This document shows, piece after piece, positions 38,790 to 50,310 of a stretch of DNA of 64,000 nucleotides. The stretch's first letter is position 1. Each line of letters begins with the position of its first letter. The translations under genes and the position numbers were made by a program. This stretch comes from Mobula hypostoma (lineage: Eukaryota). The stretch covers positions 83,888,001-83,952,000 of the forward strand of contig NC_086108.1 in NCBI RefSeq assembly GCF_963921235.1. Reading direction: 5' to 3'. The notes beneath the pieces are model-generated. The model did not search any database. It had not been told where the DNA came from and worked only from the letters and a program-made list of their open reading frames with translations.

Positions 38790-39496
38790 GTGGAGGCGAG
38801 GCTGGTTCGGGGGATGAGCCGTACTGGGCCATTGTGAGGCGCAGCGTGTTCGAGCAGGGGTCGCAGACTGAGTTGGTGGTATCACTGCTTGGGATGGAGT
38901 GAGTGATTTGGAAGGGGAGTCAACACAGAAGAGTTTCAATGCCCATGCACCTAACCTGGGTGTGAGGTTCGATCGCTATAAGCACCGGGCCGATTTGGTG
39001 AAACCGAGAGCAGCTTTGGGCTGGGTGGATCCAGGTCCCAGAGCCTGGCACTACCCAGTACTTGAACAACTTAAACGTCAGCCCAGATTGTCTGGAAGCC
39101 CAACTGTCAGGTACGGAAGCAAGAGTCGGGCTGATTTCACTTACTCTCCCACGAATGTTTATTCATTTCTCTGCAGCGCAGAGGCTGTGAACCAGTATGG
39201 TCACTCCGCGTTTCTGCCCCCCCCCCCCCACCGCTGGTGTGATGATCTGGAGACTAAAGTTCGTACCTACTCCAACTGCTGCAGAAGCGGATCTGGGGCT
39301 CGGTCTGGTTCAGGGTGTTGTTGGCTTGCTTCAATTGTTTGCATGATGTGTGTTTTTTGTTCTCTCTCTTTCACTGCACAGTGGATTTGGTCTTTTTTTT
39401 AATTGGGTTATTTAGGTTGCTTGCTTTGTGGCTGCCTGTGAGCAGACAAATTTCAAGGTGTGTAGTTTATTATAAATGTGCTTTGAATCTTGAATC
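38790..39496 (+). mobile_element. Non-coding retroposon with CpG-rich 5' part and Rex-like 3' tail
   Basis: 3' end GGCTGCCTGTGAG...TTTGAATCTTGAATC resembles Rex tails in the window; no LINE ORF. Confidence 0.5.
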
Positions 39497-39659
39497 AAGC
39501 CAGGGGATCCAGTCTAGTGCACTGAGGAATGAAAAAGCACATGCAGGGAACAGTAACAGTTATACTGAAAAATAGGTGCCAACCAATTAAAGCTGCAAGA
39601 TGGGATGATCAGAACCAAGCAGTATAATCAGCATGCTATTGACATATAAGGAATGTAAC

Positions 39660-40095
39660 TTACTGTAATTTTGCCCCTCCCCTTTCACTCTTATTGCATT
39701 CCCCACTCTGGCTCCCCTTTTACCTCTTCTCTTCTCCTTACATATCTATCACATCCCCCTGGTGCCTTTCCTCCTTCCCATGGTCCACTATCCTCTCCTA
39801 TCAGTTTCCTTCTTCTTCAGCCCTTTACCATTTCCACATATCGCCTCCCTGCTTCTCTCCTCATCCCCCTCCCTCACTCACCTAGCTTCACTTATCACCT
39901 GAACAAGAGATTCCGCAGATGCTGGAAATCCAGAGCAACGCACCAAAAAATGCTGGCGGAACTCAGAAGGTCAGGCAGGCTTTATGGAAGTGAATAAACA
40001 GTTGATGTTTCGGGCCGAGACCTTTCACTGGGGGATCTTCCAACATTTTTTGTGTGTTGCTCTGGATTTCCAGAATCTGCAAAACCTCTCATGTG
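39660..40095. mobile_element. Rearranged Penelope terminal-repeat fragments in both orientations
   Basis: Pyrimidine tract, then an inverted GCAGATGCTGGAAATCC...TTTCGGGCCGAGACC segment, then a forward tail. Confidence 0.7.
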
Positions 40096-41659
40096 TATGT
40101 TTCTACACACTGCCTTTTTCCTTTCAGCTCTGTCAAATTTCAAAGAAAGTGTGTTAGCCACTTAACTCTCCAAGTTTCAATTAATATTTCTGTGTTACAT
40201 TTGATTTTACCGTGTATCTGTTTTCAGTCAGATGCTGAAAGGATTTTAGCAAGGCTTTTCTTAGAAAGTTTGTGGTGACCTATTCTGAGTTTAGTTGCGG
40301 ACAAGCTCAGCTAAAACAATTCCTTGCCTTGCCTCTTAAATCGCTTTATACTTCATCATTACTGTACTCCGAATAACTGTCACTGCTTCCTTACCAGGGA
40401 GCTTTGGTGTATCCTCTGATTCAGACACTGTGTTGACATAATTTTTTGTGAAATTCCTTCTCAGTCTCCCCCATGCAGATGCATTACAGCTACTACATGA
40501 GTTATGTAAACACAGTTATGAACATATTTGGGAAAGAGTCTATCTTCGTGTTAGCTGAGCGTGCCAAAACTCTACTTAGTAACAATAATTGTACTCCATC
40601 AGTATAGCACTTTTTTAAAAAGATGTAGATTCTTAGACAAGCTTTACCTTTTGGCTTTTGGGCATGTTTTAAAACTTTCTATTTACAGAATCTGGTGAGA
40701 GAAGATGCTTTAATGTGAAAGCACACGACAAGATCAGGCAAAGGATGGCTTGATAAAAGGCCTGATTTACAATGTTGTCAGAGTTAACTAAATAAAAAGT
40801 TGCAAGAGGAATACATCTTAGACCCAGGCTTACTTCCACAGGAATTAATGTTGAATAACTCCCGACTGTGGACACTGTTTCAGACACCCCAGGCTAAATA
40901 AAAACTGCAGTCTATGACGTTAGGAAGAAACTTCTGACACAGGACACACACAATGGAATTTTTGCCCCAATAATTTATGACAGTTAGTGGATTCTAATGA
41001 TGTTTTTGCATCAGGTATTGTAATTTTGGCCTTTAATAGTTTAACATTCATGGGATAACATATCTGTCAAGTTTATAAAAATACTACAAGCACTAACACC
41101 TCAACGATGAGGCTCTAGTAACTTATGCTCCTCTGTTAGGTCAAGAAGTAAAAATAACTTTACAAGATTTCCAGTACTCCTTACTCAAGAGTACAAAATG
41201 CAATAAATTATTTATCATTCTTTCTCCCTTCAGTTTAAAAAAAAGTGTTTGGGAATTGTGTGCAATTTTGCAAATTGATATATTACTGAAATGTTACTGC
41301 ATCAGATAAACAATAAAACTGATTTCAGGGACCAATGCCATGGCCCAGGTTTTGCGATCAGAATACCCACAGGATTACATTGTCCCGACAGCAGGAACTT
41401 TTTTCCCAATATTGCTGAATCAAAGAGGGATCTCTGGCATCCATCTGCTCTGATGTCAAACACATTAAGGGAAAGTCTCTCAGGTACAGCAGTCCAGGAA
41501 GGAAAAGAGCACAAGTTTTGATTACTTTTACGACACATTTTACAGAGTGCTGAAGAAAAATTGAAACATACTTGACACTGAAGAGCAAATAAAAACCAGA
41601 AGTTATACATCATACTTTGAAATATTTCTGTGAGGAAATTAATACATTTTGGACTTTCA

Positions 41660-41965
41660 CAGTGGCAAAGCTCGTAGAGCTGCTGTCTAAGAACCCCAGA
41701 GACCAGGGTTGAATCGTGACCTGTGGTGCTTTTACTGAGAAGTGTACATGTACTCCCTGTGACCAGGTGGGTTTGTTTCAGCTACTTTAGTTTCTTCCCA
41801 CATCCTAAAGACACGCGGACTGCTAGGTTAATTGGCCACTGCCCTTCAAGTGAAATTTATGCAAATGTGGGGGAGGGGGTTGGGTGTAAAATGAGATTAG
41901 TAAATTTCAATATAAAATTTGTATAGCGGTGTTGAGAAAAATTGTATATTTCCATGCTGTGTCAT
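41660..41965 (+). mobile_element. Degraded HE1-like V-SINE
   Basis: B-box GGGTTGAATC and V-domain-like GTACATGTACTCCCTGTGACC...TTCTTCCCACATCCTAAAGAC. Confidence 0.6.
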
Positions 41966-42127
41966 TCTTTAATAAATAAGAGTTACTAGAGAGATCCAAA
42001 CAGATCTTCAAGTAATTATTACTTACTATGCCATTCAAATCTTATTTCATTATCATATGGGAAGTATAGCATGTCATCTGAAGAAACAGCCTGGTGAGTA
42101 TCTGTTGAACTGCCTCCTATGCCATTA

Positions 42128-43579
42128 CAGGTTGAGTTTCCCATATCTGAAATTCCAAAGTCCGAAAACCTCCAAAATCCAAATTTTTTGAGCACTGGCG
42201 TGACATCACAAATGGAAAATTCCAGAAGACTCTCGCAAGGTTCCCAGGCAAAGCACAAGTCTCTGCGCACCACAGACAGTTCTGAGAAGTGACCTCACAT
42301 ATATAATGAGCAGAAGTTAATACAAAATAGAGAAGTACTATATAAAGCAAAAATTTTAGATCTCGATCATTTATCGTCTACGGAGTGAACATATGCCAGT
42401 TAATGATATCATCATCATCATCATCAGATGCCTTGCCCAGTTTGAGCTTTGACTGCCATGGCCCACACACTCCTGTTTCGGGTCAAGTGGATCAATTCAT
42501 TGGTATTCATTTCCAATTCTCTGGCTGTTGTCTCCATCATCATTTGTCTTTGTCTTCCTCTTGCTTTCTTCCCTTCAATCTTTCCCATAATTACCGTGCA
42601 TTCTAACTCCTCTTTCCTAATCACATATCCAATGAAGTTACATTGCCTTTTCATGATCTCATACATTATTTCTCTTTTTGTGTTTGCTCTGTTCATGACA
42701 TCCTCATTAGATATTCGCTTCATCCATGATATTCTTTGCTTCCTCCTCAAAAAACACACTTCTGCTGCTACAATTCATTTCTTCATGTTACTAGATATTG
42801 TCCAACATTCTGAGCCATATAACATAACTGGATAAACGTAACATTTCAGTACTCTGAGGTGGGTTGTCATGCCTAGTTTAGTATTGGTCAGTATACTCTT
42901 CATTCTCATAAAGGTGTCTTTTGCCATCCCTATTCTTCTTTTGATGTCCAAGTCGCACCTGCCATCTGATGTCACCCAGCTTCATCATCTGATGGCAGGT
43001 GATAATAATGATATAATTAATGATATACTGATCATGAAACAAGCAAAGATCTATCATGACAAACTGAAAATTGAAGGTAATTATCAATATTATCAATATT
43101 CAGCAGGCTGGTGGCAGAAATTTAAGAAAAGGCACAGCGTTAAATTTTTAAAGCATCTGCTGACCACAAAAATCTAGTACCAGAACAAGTCTACGATACT
43201 GATTGCTTTTATACCTTACATAATGGCATTAAATTTTTAAAGCATCAACTGATGAAAATCGAACACTGGAACAAGTCTACAATGCTGATTGTTTTTATAT
43301 GTAACATAAAACCTAAAAAAAAGTCAAATACAGAGTATTGCAACCCTTTAATCAAAACACAGCGTTGTAGGTGGAGACTGAAAGCCTGCTGTTGTTCAAC
43401 AGCTGATTTTGGTATTCTCCCGATGCTGCTGTGCTGCTTCTGTTACTGGTAGCTCATAAATTCAGAGTCGGAAATAATGGCAACACCAAGCTATTCATTA
43501 TATATTCCAAAGTACAAAAAAAATCCAAAATCCAAAACAGTTCTGACCCGAAAGATTATGGATTGGGATACTCAAACAG
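42128..43579 (+). mobile_element. Tigger4/Zombi-like pogo transposon remnant
   Basis: TA-flanked ends CAGGTTGAGTTTCCC / GGGATACTCAAACAG; CENP-B HTH remnant IMKQAKIYHDKLKIEGN..YSAGWWQKFKKRHSVKFLK, then KASADH and PEQVYD fragments. Confidence 0.85.
42408..42978 (-). mobile_element. RTE-clade LINE 3' fragment inserted in the Tigger
   Basis: DIKRRIGMAK...LYGSECWT...RISW...GKIEGKKARGRQR; (GAT)n tail at 42408..42426. Confidence 0.9.
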
Positions 43580-43624
43580 TACACCATCTATAAATAAAGA
43601 AATCAAAGGTGTGCAGGGTATTCC

Positions 43625-43970
43625 AGATGTGGCCTCATTAATACCCTATGTTGAAATGTTTCCACTGGTAAGAGCGTCTCACTGAGGGGGTATCGCTACA
43701 AGATAAAGGTGGTCATTTGAAATGAGATCTATAAAAATTTCTTCTTGCAGAAATGGTGAATTATTGGAATTTTCCACTTGACAGAGTTACAGACTAGGTT
43801 ATATCATTGGAGTTATTTAAAGAGGAAGTTGATGAGTTTTTGCAAAATAAGAAACTAGGGTCTATGGGGAACTGACACAAAAGGGGAGCTGAGTCCTAGG
43901 TCGATCAACCATCATCATAGTGAATTGTGCAGCAGCGTTTGAGAGGTTCCTACTTCCGTATGGTCTTATG
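43625..43970 (+). mobile_element. Degraded CR1 3' end
   Basis: MFPLVRASH.G-type remnant and CR1 3' UTR. Confidence 0.6.
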
Positions 43971-44489
43971 ACAATAAATACTGGCCTTGGAACCTTTACA
44001 CTACTATTTTCCATCTCATATTAAACTTAGTGAGTTATGCTCTTCAAGAGCACTTAAAGCAAAGCAGATATTGTCCATTTGGAAGTAAATGAACCAAATG
44101 AGACAGCTGATGATTTAATCAGCTATAAACAGTTGCAGCTCGTGAAACACTTATTTTTTAAACTCCAGGAGAGGCATTGTAACTTAATAGTGGCTGGTCT
44201 CCCCTATGAATGCATCCAAGTCTCAAGAACTTATTCATTTTATTTGTCTGGGTCAACTGTATAACATAATAGTTTTGTCATGATCAGATTTAATGCTTTG
44301 AATGCATAGGGTGCAATAGTTACTTAGCAAAGTATAACTGGGTTATTCAAAATCCTTTGAGTAAAATACTTTTCAAATTATCTCAATGTACTTTGACTTT
44401 ACAAGTTTTCTAATTTAATAATAACATTAAGCAGGGAAATTCTGATGTAAAACATGCTCCTCAATCATTTTTATTTATTTTTATATAGA

Positions 44490-44730
44490 GGTACAACACG
44501 CTAATAGGCCCATTCCAACTAAAAGAGCACACGATGCTCAACTAAACCCTTGTGACCAATTAACCTACGAACCCGTACGTCTTTAGAATGGGGGAGGAAA
44601 CCTGTCCACCCAAAGTAAACCCATGCAGTTATGGGGAGAACATACAAATTCCAAACATGCAGCAGCAGGAATTGAACCCAAGTTGGTGGCCCTGTAAAGC
44701 ATTACGCATACTGCTACAGGACTATGCCAC
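44490..44730 (-). mobile_element. HE1-like V-SINE
   Basis: B-box GGGTTCAATTCC and V-domain TTTGTATGTTCTCCCC on the minus strand. Confidence 0.65.
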
Positions 44731-45065
44731 ACATCTGATTATACCTTTCTAAATACATTCAATTCACAAACATTTAATGCACAGAAGTAGCTACGTTTTC
44801 AAAGTAGAATTTTTCTGGAGAAAAAGTACTGTATCCATTTACCGCGCTTTCTGTTGGTAGTGAATAAAACTATTATAAATTTATTTTTCATTTGATGTGA
44901 ATAAAAGTTCAGATTCAAGCATAACATTCCCGCCACTGTTAGGATTTAACTGTCTGACTGTTTAGACCCTGAAAGCATACCTGGCACAGTTATTTCCACT
45001 AATACTTTGAGAACAGTCTTTTATTTTCCAAAACTCCAAGCACTTTTCCGGGATTATTTTTCCTT

Positions 45066-46230
45066 CTGCTAGAATTTGGCAGATGGTTTAAACGAATATG
45101 GCAGGGGGATGGGAACCAGTACGATAGAGTTGAGGATGAGCCAGCAGGTTTACAAGTAGATGATGGGTGTAATATGAATGTAAGGAAAGGACAAGCCAAT
45201 GACTGGGTACAAATGCAGACAGAGCAAAGAGTTAAATTGTATCACAGAGGCAAAATTCAAAAGGACGAAGAATGCAGGTCTGAAATTGCTGTATTTAAAG
45301 GCACGTAGCATTCGGAATAAGGTGGAATTAGAGATTAGTCTGTATGACGTTGTGGGCATCACTGAGTTGTGGCGGAAAGAAGGCCATAGGTGGGAGCTTA
45401 ACATCAAGGGATAAACTTTGTATCGAAAGGGCAGGCAGGAAGGCATAGGAGGTGGTGTGGCTCTTAGTATGAGATGGAATTGCACCTTTAGAAAGAGGTG
45501 ACATAGGATCAGAGAATATTGAATCTTTGAAACTGTAGTTAAAAAACTGCAAGGGTAAAAAAAACATTATGGGGATCATATATAGCCCTCCAAATAGCAG
45601 TCAAGGTGTGGGGTTGAGATTGCAAAGGGAGTTGGGAAAGATATGTAATGAGGGTAATGACAGAATTGTAAAGGGGGACTTCAATATGCAAGGGGATCAG
45701 GAAAATCTGGTTGGTGTTGGATTGCAAGAGAGGGAATTTGTTGAATGCCCATGAGATGGCTTTTTAGAGCAGCTTGTGCTTGAGCATACTCGGGGAATGG
45801 CTGACTTAGATTGGGTGTTGTGTAATAACCCAGATCTTATAAGGGAACTTAATGTATAGGAAACCTTAGGAGGCAGTGATAATATGATTGAATTCATACT
45901 GCAGTTTGAGAGGGAGAAGCATAACTCACATGGATCAGTATCACAATGGAATAAGGGGAATTACAGAGGCACGAGAGAGGAGCTTGCTCAGGTGGAATGG
46001 AGGAGGATACTGGCAGGGGTGACAGCAGAGCAGAGATGGATGAAGTTTCTGGGAGTAGTTCACAAGGCACAGGATAAAATGTCCCACAGCAGAAGTTGTT
46101 CTCAAATAGCAGGGGTAGGCAACTGTGGCAGACATGGGAAGTTAAGGACTGCATAGAAGCCAAGGAAGGGGCACTTAAGGTAGCAAAAGTGAGTGGGAAG
46201 CTGGATGATTGAGTAACTTCTAAAATTTAA
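45066..46230 (+). mobile_element. CR1 fragment (ORF1 end plus endonuclease)
   Basis: LKLLYLKARSIRNK, YDVVGITELW, IYSPPNS, GDFN, GSDN motifs. Confidence 0.85.
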
Positions 46231-46289
46231 TAGGTTTTGAATCTGTGATATTATGAATTTTTTCTCAGGCTTCACAACATAATAAAAGG

Positions 46290-46685
46290 CTTCCATTTGT
46301 ACAATACTTTTCATGACTTCAGAATGTCCCAAAATATTTCATAGCTAATGCAGTATAGTCATTTTAATGCAGGGAATAGGGCCATCAACTTTACAGGTAT
46401 TTCCAGTAAACAGCAATGTGATAAAGACCAGTGATCTGGTTTGATGATGTTGGTTGAGGGTGAAGTGTGGCAGGATTGTGGGGTTAACTTGACTGTCTTA
46501 TTTTGAAATAGTGCCATCCAATCTTTAAAATTGCGTGGAGATGAACGGGATGTTAAACTTAACATTGCATCCAAAAGATGCTAATTCCAGTATTCCAGCA
46601 CTCCTCAATTGTGCACAACAGTGTCAGCTTTCAGGGTTCAGTTATCTGGAGTGGGGCTTAAACCCACAACTTTCTGACTCAGTTA
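46290..46685 (-). mobile_element. Ancient Deu-domain SINE (SacSINE/AmnSINE-like)
   Basis: Minus strand GGGTTTAAGCCCCACTCCAGA...GAGGAGTGCTG...GGCACTATTTC...CCCTCAACCAACATCA fits the recalled Deu consensus. Confidence 0.6.
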
Positions 46686-46689
46686 CCAC

Positions 46690-47299
46690 TTGCATGGAAA
46701 CACCAGTACCCAGGAACAGAAAAGCCTACAGAAAGTGTTGGAAACAATCCAATCCATCACAGGTAAAGCCTGCCCACCACCGAATACACTTACATGGAAT
46801 ACCGTCACAAGAAAGCAGCATCCATCATGAAGGGCCCCCATCATCCAGACCATGCTCTCTTCTTACTACCACCCTCAGGATGGAGCTCCAGGAGCCTTAG
46901 GTCCCATGACACCGGGTTCATGGACAGTTATTACCTTCAATCAACTCCCAAACCATTGTGGATAACTTTGCTCACCACAATTTTGAACTGAATCCACAAA
47001 ATACAGACACGAGTCTCAGCCCGAAACGTCGACTGTACCTCTTCCTGTAGATGCTGCCTGGCCTGCTGCGTTCCACCAGCATTTTGTGTGTGTGTGTTGC
47101 TTCACAACATACAGACTCACTTTCAAGGGACCTACAACTCATGTTACTTTTCTTATTTATACGGTTTGCCTTTTTTTTGCACATTGATTGTCTGTCTTTG
47201 CTAATGTATAGATTTTCATTAATCCTATTGTGCTCCTTTATTTTTCCGTAAGTGCCTACAAGAAAATGAATCTTGAGGTAGTATATAGTAACATATATG
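46690..47299 (+). mobile_element. Rex1 3' fragment containing a Penelope mini-insert (47009..47102)
   Basis: KKAASIMKGPHHPDHALFLLPPSG; the insert is flanked by CACAA(A/C)ATACAGAC at 46995..47008 / 47103..47116. Confidence 0.75.
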
Positions 47300-47301
47300 T
47301 A

Positions 47302-47821
47302 CGAGGGTGATTGATAAGTTCATGGCCTAAGGTAGAAGGAGTCAATTTTAGAAAACCTAGCACGTTTATTTTTCAACATAGTCCCCTCCTACATTTACAC
47401 ACTTAGTCCAGCGGTCGTAGAGCATACAGATCCCTTCTTTGTAGAAGTTGACATCTTGGATCTCCAGAAAGTGGCCCACAGCAGGGGTGATTGATAAGTT
47501 TGTGGCCTAAAGTAGAAGGAGATGAGTTATACACCTCCCCTTACATGCAAGTGCAGTTCAACTCTGAGTGATTATGCAGAAAGTTTGAAGTTAATAACTC
47601 ATCTCCTTCTACCATAAGCCACGAACTTATCAATCACCCCTGCTGTGGACCACTTCCTGGAGGACAAGACACCAACTTCTACAAAGAAGGGATCCGTATG
47701 CTCCACAACCGCTGGACTAAGTGTGTAGATGTAGGAGGGACTATGTTGAAAAATAAATGTGCTAGGTTTTCTAAAATTGACTCCTTCTACGTTAGGCCAC
47801 GAACTTATCAATCACCCCTTG
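47302..47821. mobile_element. Palindromic mariner-derived MITE with nested TIRs
   Basis: TA TSD; arms of about 230 bp are inverted. GGGTGATTGATAAGTT occurs twice forward and twice reverse. The arms encode the mariner C-terminus FYKEGIRMLHNRWTKCV..G.DYVEK*. Confidence 0.9.
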
Positions 47822-47835
47822 TACTTTATAATAAA

Positions 47836-48725
47836 ATGGCAGAGCTATGATGGCACTCAACAGTGACTTCTTCAGGCTCACCTGTAGTAGCAGATTAATT
47901 TCTGCCTATAATGTGTCTCTTTTTCCTTTCAAGGTAGACAAGGTTCTGTTGATGACCCTGACCTAGAGCTGCACTCAAACTTTGGTGCTTTACAGTTTTG
48001 GACCAGCTGTTTTTTGATATCCCAATGATACGGCCTAGAAGACAAGTGTGCCTTCAGGGTTTTGAGGCTTTGTGGTCCTGGGGATGCGCAGATTCGATGC
48101 CAATGCAGCCAACTGAAGCATCATAGGAGAAAACAGAACATCGGGAACAGTGGATCAGCTGTTGGGGGCTCTGTACTTGGATATCTCTCTCTCTCCCTCC
48201 CTCCCTCTCCCTCTCTCTTTCCCCCTCTCTCATGGGTGGGGGAGAATTTGTTGCTGTTTCTCAAGTCACAGAACTCCAGAAAAAGTCGATGTGGCAGACT
48301 TTAACACCATAAATCAGTGAGTTGTTGGTTTTTATTTCTCTCCCCTCTCACTGTAAAAAGGTGACAACTGCCTGTCTGTCTATTAGGGAGAGACAGAGCC
48401 TGTAGCATGTTGAATTGTCAGGTGAACGATTAGTTTTTGTTGTACTTCAGATCATGGGCTTTCTTGGGGGCTTTGCTATTGCTTGCTTGGTGTGTGAAGG
48501 GTGCTGATGCTTTTTTATGCTGAAGTAAGTAGTGGAGGGAGAGGGTCATTGCTTTGCTGATCTTTGTACATGGGAGGGGCGAGTAGGGGGCTTTGGGGTT
48601 CTAACTGTTTTACTGTCACTCATTCTTTGGGACACTCTTCTGCTTTTGTGGATGTCTGCAAAGAACAAGAATTTCAGGTTGTATATTATTTACATTCTCT
48701 GATATTAAATAGAACTATTGATTGA
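47836..48725 (+). mobile_element. Non-coding retroposon with Rex-like 3' tail
   Basis: Starts AAAATGGC; ends GATGTCTGCAAAGAACAAGAATTTCAGGTTGTAT...ATTAAATAGAACTATTGA. Confidence 0.5.
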
Positions 48726-49646
48726 ATATTGATATTGATGTACACTTTTACTTGAGACACAGCTAACGGACATTGAATAGGGTCTATTTCTGTTGTAGAA
48801 ATAGTGATTAGGCTAATGTGATTAAATATGAGTACTAAGCAGTACTTTTCATTGCCTGCACATGCAATTAAATCTGTACTTTAATGTAAGTGAAGCATTA
48901 AACAAGTGTTTCACTGAGAGGTTCATCATTGAAATGTATGGAATGGTATGGCTGCCATATTTATCCAGTGTTTATACAAACCTGTTGAAATAGTTAAGCA
49001 TTATCTATTTCAATTTAAAGATATTTGTAAAACCTTGATCAATCTTAACAGTTCCAAACAACCCCTGTAGCACTGAAAATTAATTTTCAGTGCAATTCAA
49101 TGAATTTAGGCTGAATGCTGTGGCAGATTTAGAAAACTAAAAAGATTACAATAAAAATAATGCCTTTCTCACATTTTTTTTCTGTCTCTTTTAGATCCAG
49201 CTTGCTAGGCATTCTTTTCTACACTCTCTTTATTGAGGTTACTGTTCCTGATTTGGCACTTCACTGATTATTCTAATATCTCCTTGTTCAGGCTGTGCCT
49301 CTCATTCATAATTCGTCAGTCTTTGATCTTTTTTTCCACGAATGATTTTTGGCCGACTTTTTCTATTTTTATGTCAGATTTTCAGTTTCTGCTTTTTAAA
49401 AATGTTCAGTTCTTCTCTCTGATTATCCACTCTTCTGAACCAATCAAATGCTTTGTGCATTGGGATGCCAAATCCTCCAGAGGACAGCAGGCTTACTAGA
49501 TCTTTGGCTAATAGGAATTTGCCTCACATCCTAAAGCTTTGCTGTATTGAAGTTTAATATGCATTTTTAAATGAAAGCATATAGTACTGTTCTGTTGAAA
49601 GTTGCTTGAAAGAGTACTTTGGAATCTGCAGTAACACATCAGTTAA

Positions 49647-50310
49647 GGGAGGAGGAGAAGATGGCGGCGCGACACAGCGCGCGCAGCCTCTCCAGTGATG
49701 AGTATCTGTTATCTGTCAAGTAGGATGCCGTGCACAATTCTGATTTGATGGAGGCAGATGTGAGAGCATGGAGGAACATCAGGTGAAACTTCTGAAATGC
49801 CTGTTTCGCTGCCACCGCTACTGTGTGATTCAGAATCTCCAGAGGGGAAGGCCCCAAATCCTGGACTTTGCCTATTGCTTGGCAGCCGGGGCTGGGGTCA
49901 AAGCGCTCGGCAGAGATGGTGCTTGATGTCGGAGGCTCGAAGTTTTCGCACGAACTCAGAGTCAGACTGTGGTCGGGTGCTTCCAGAATGCTGCATCGGC
50001 AAGTTTGTAGCGCTGGAAGCTCATGGCAGGGAGAGGTTCTCCCTTCTACCGTCTGTGTGAGATGATGGGCTATTGGGACTTTGAAACTTTTTTTTAAACC
50101 GTGCCCATGGTCTGCTCTTATCAAATTACGGTATTGTTTTGCACTGTTGTAACTATATGTTATAATTATGTGGTTTTTGTCAATTTTAGTCTTGGTCTGT
50201 CTTGTGTTTCTGTGATACCATACCGGAGGAACATTGTATCATTTTTTAATGCATGCATTTCTAAATGACAATAAATGAGGACTGAGTGTCCTCATAATCT
50301 AATCTAATCT
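49647..50310 (+). mobile_element. CpG-rich non-coding retroposon with YY1-like 5' motif, 3' hairpin and (AATCT)n tail
   Basis: GGGAGGAGGAGAAGATGGCGGC start; AATAAA at 50270; hairpin GAGGAC-TGAGT-GTCCTC 50277..50293; (AATCT)3. Confidence 0.7.
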
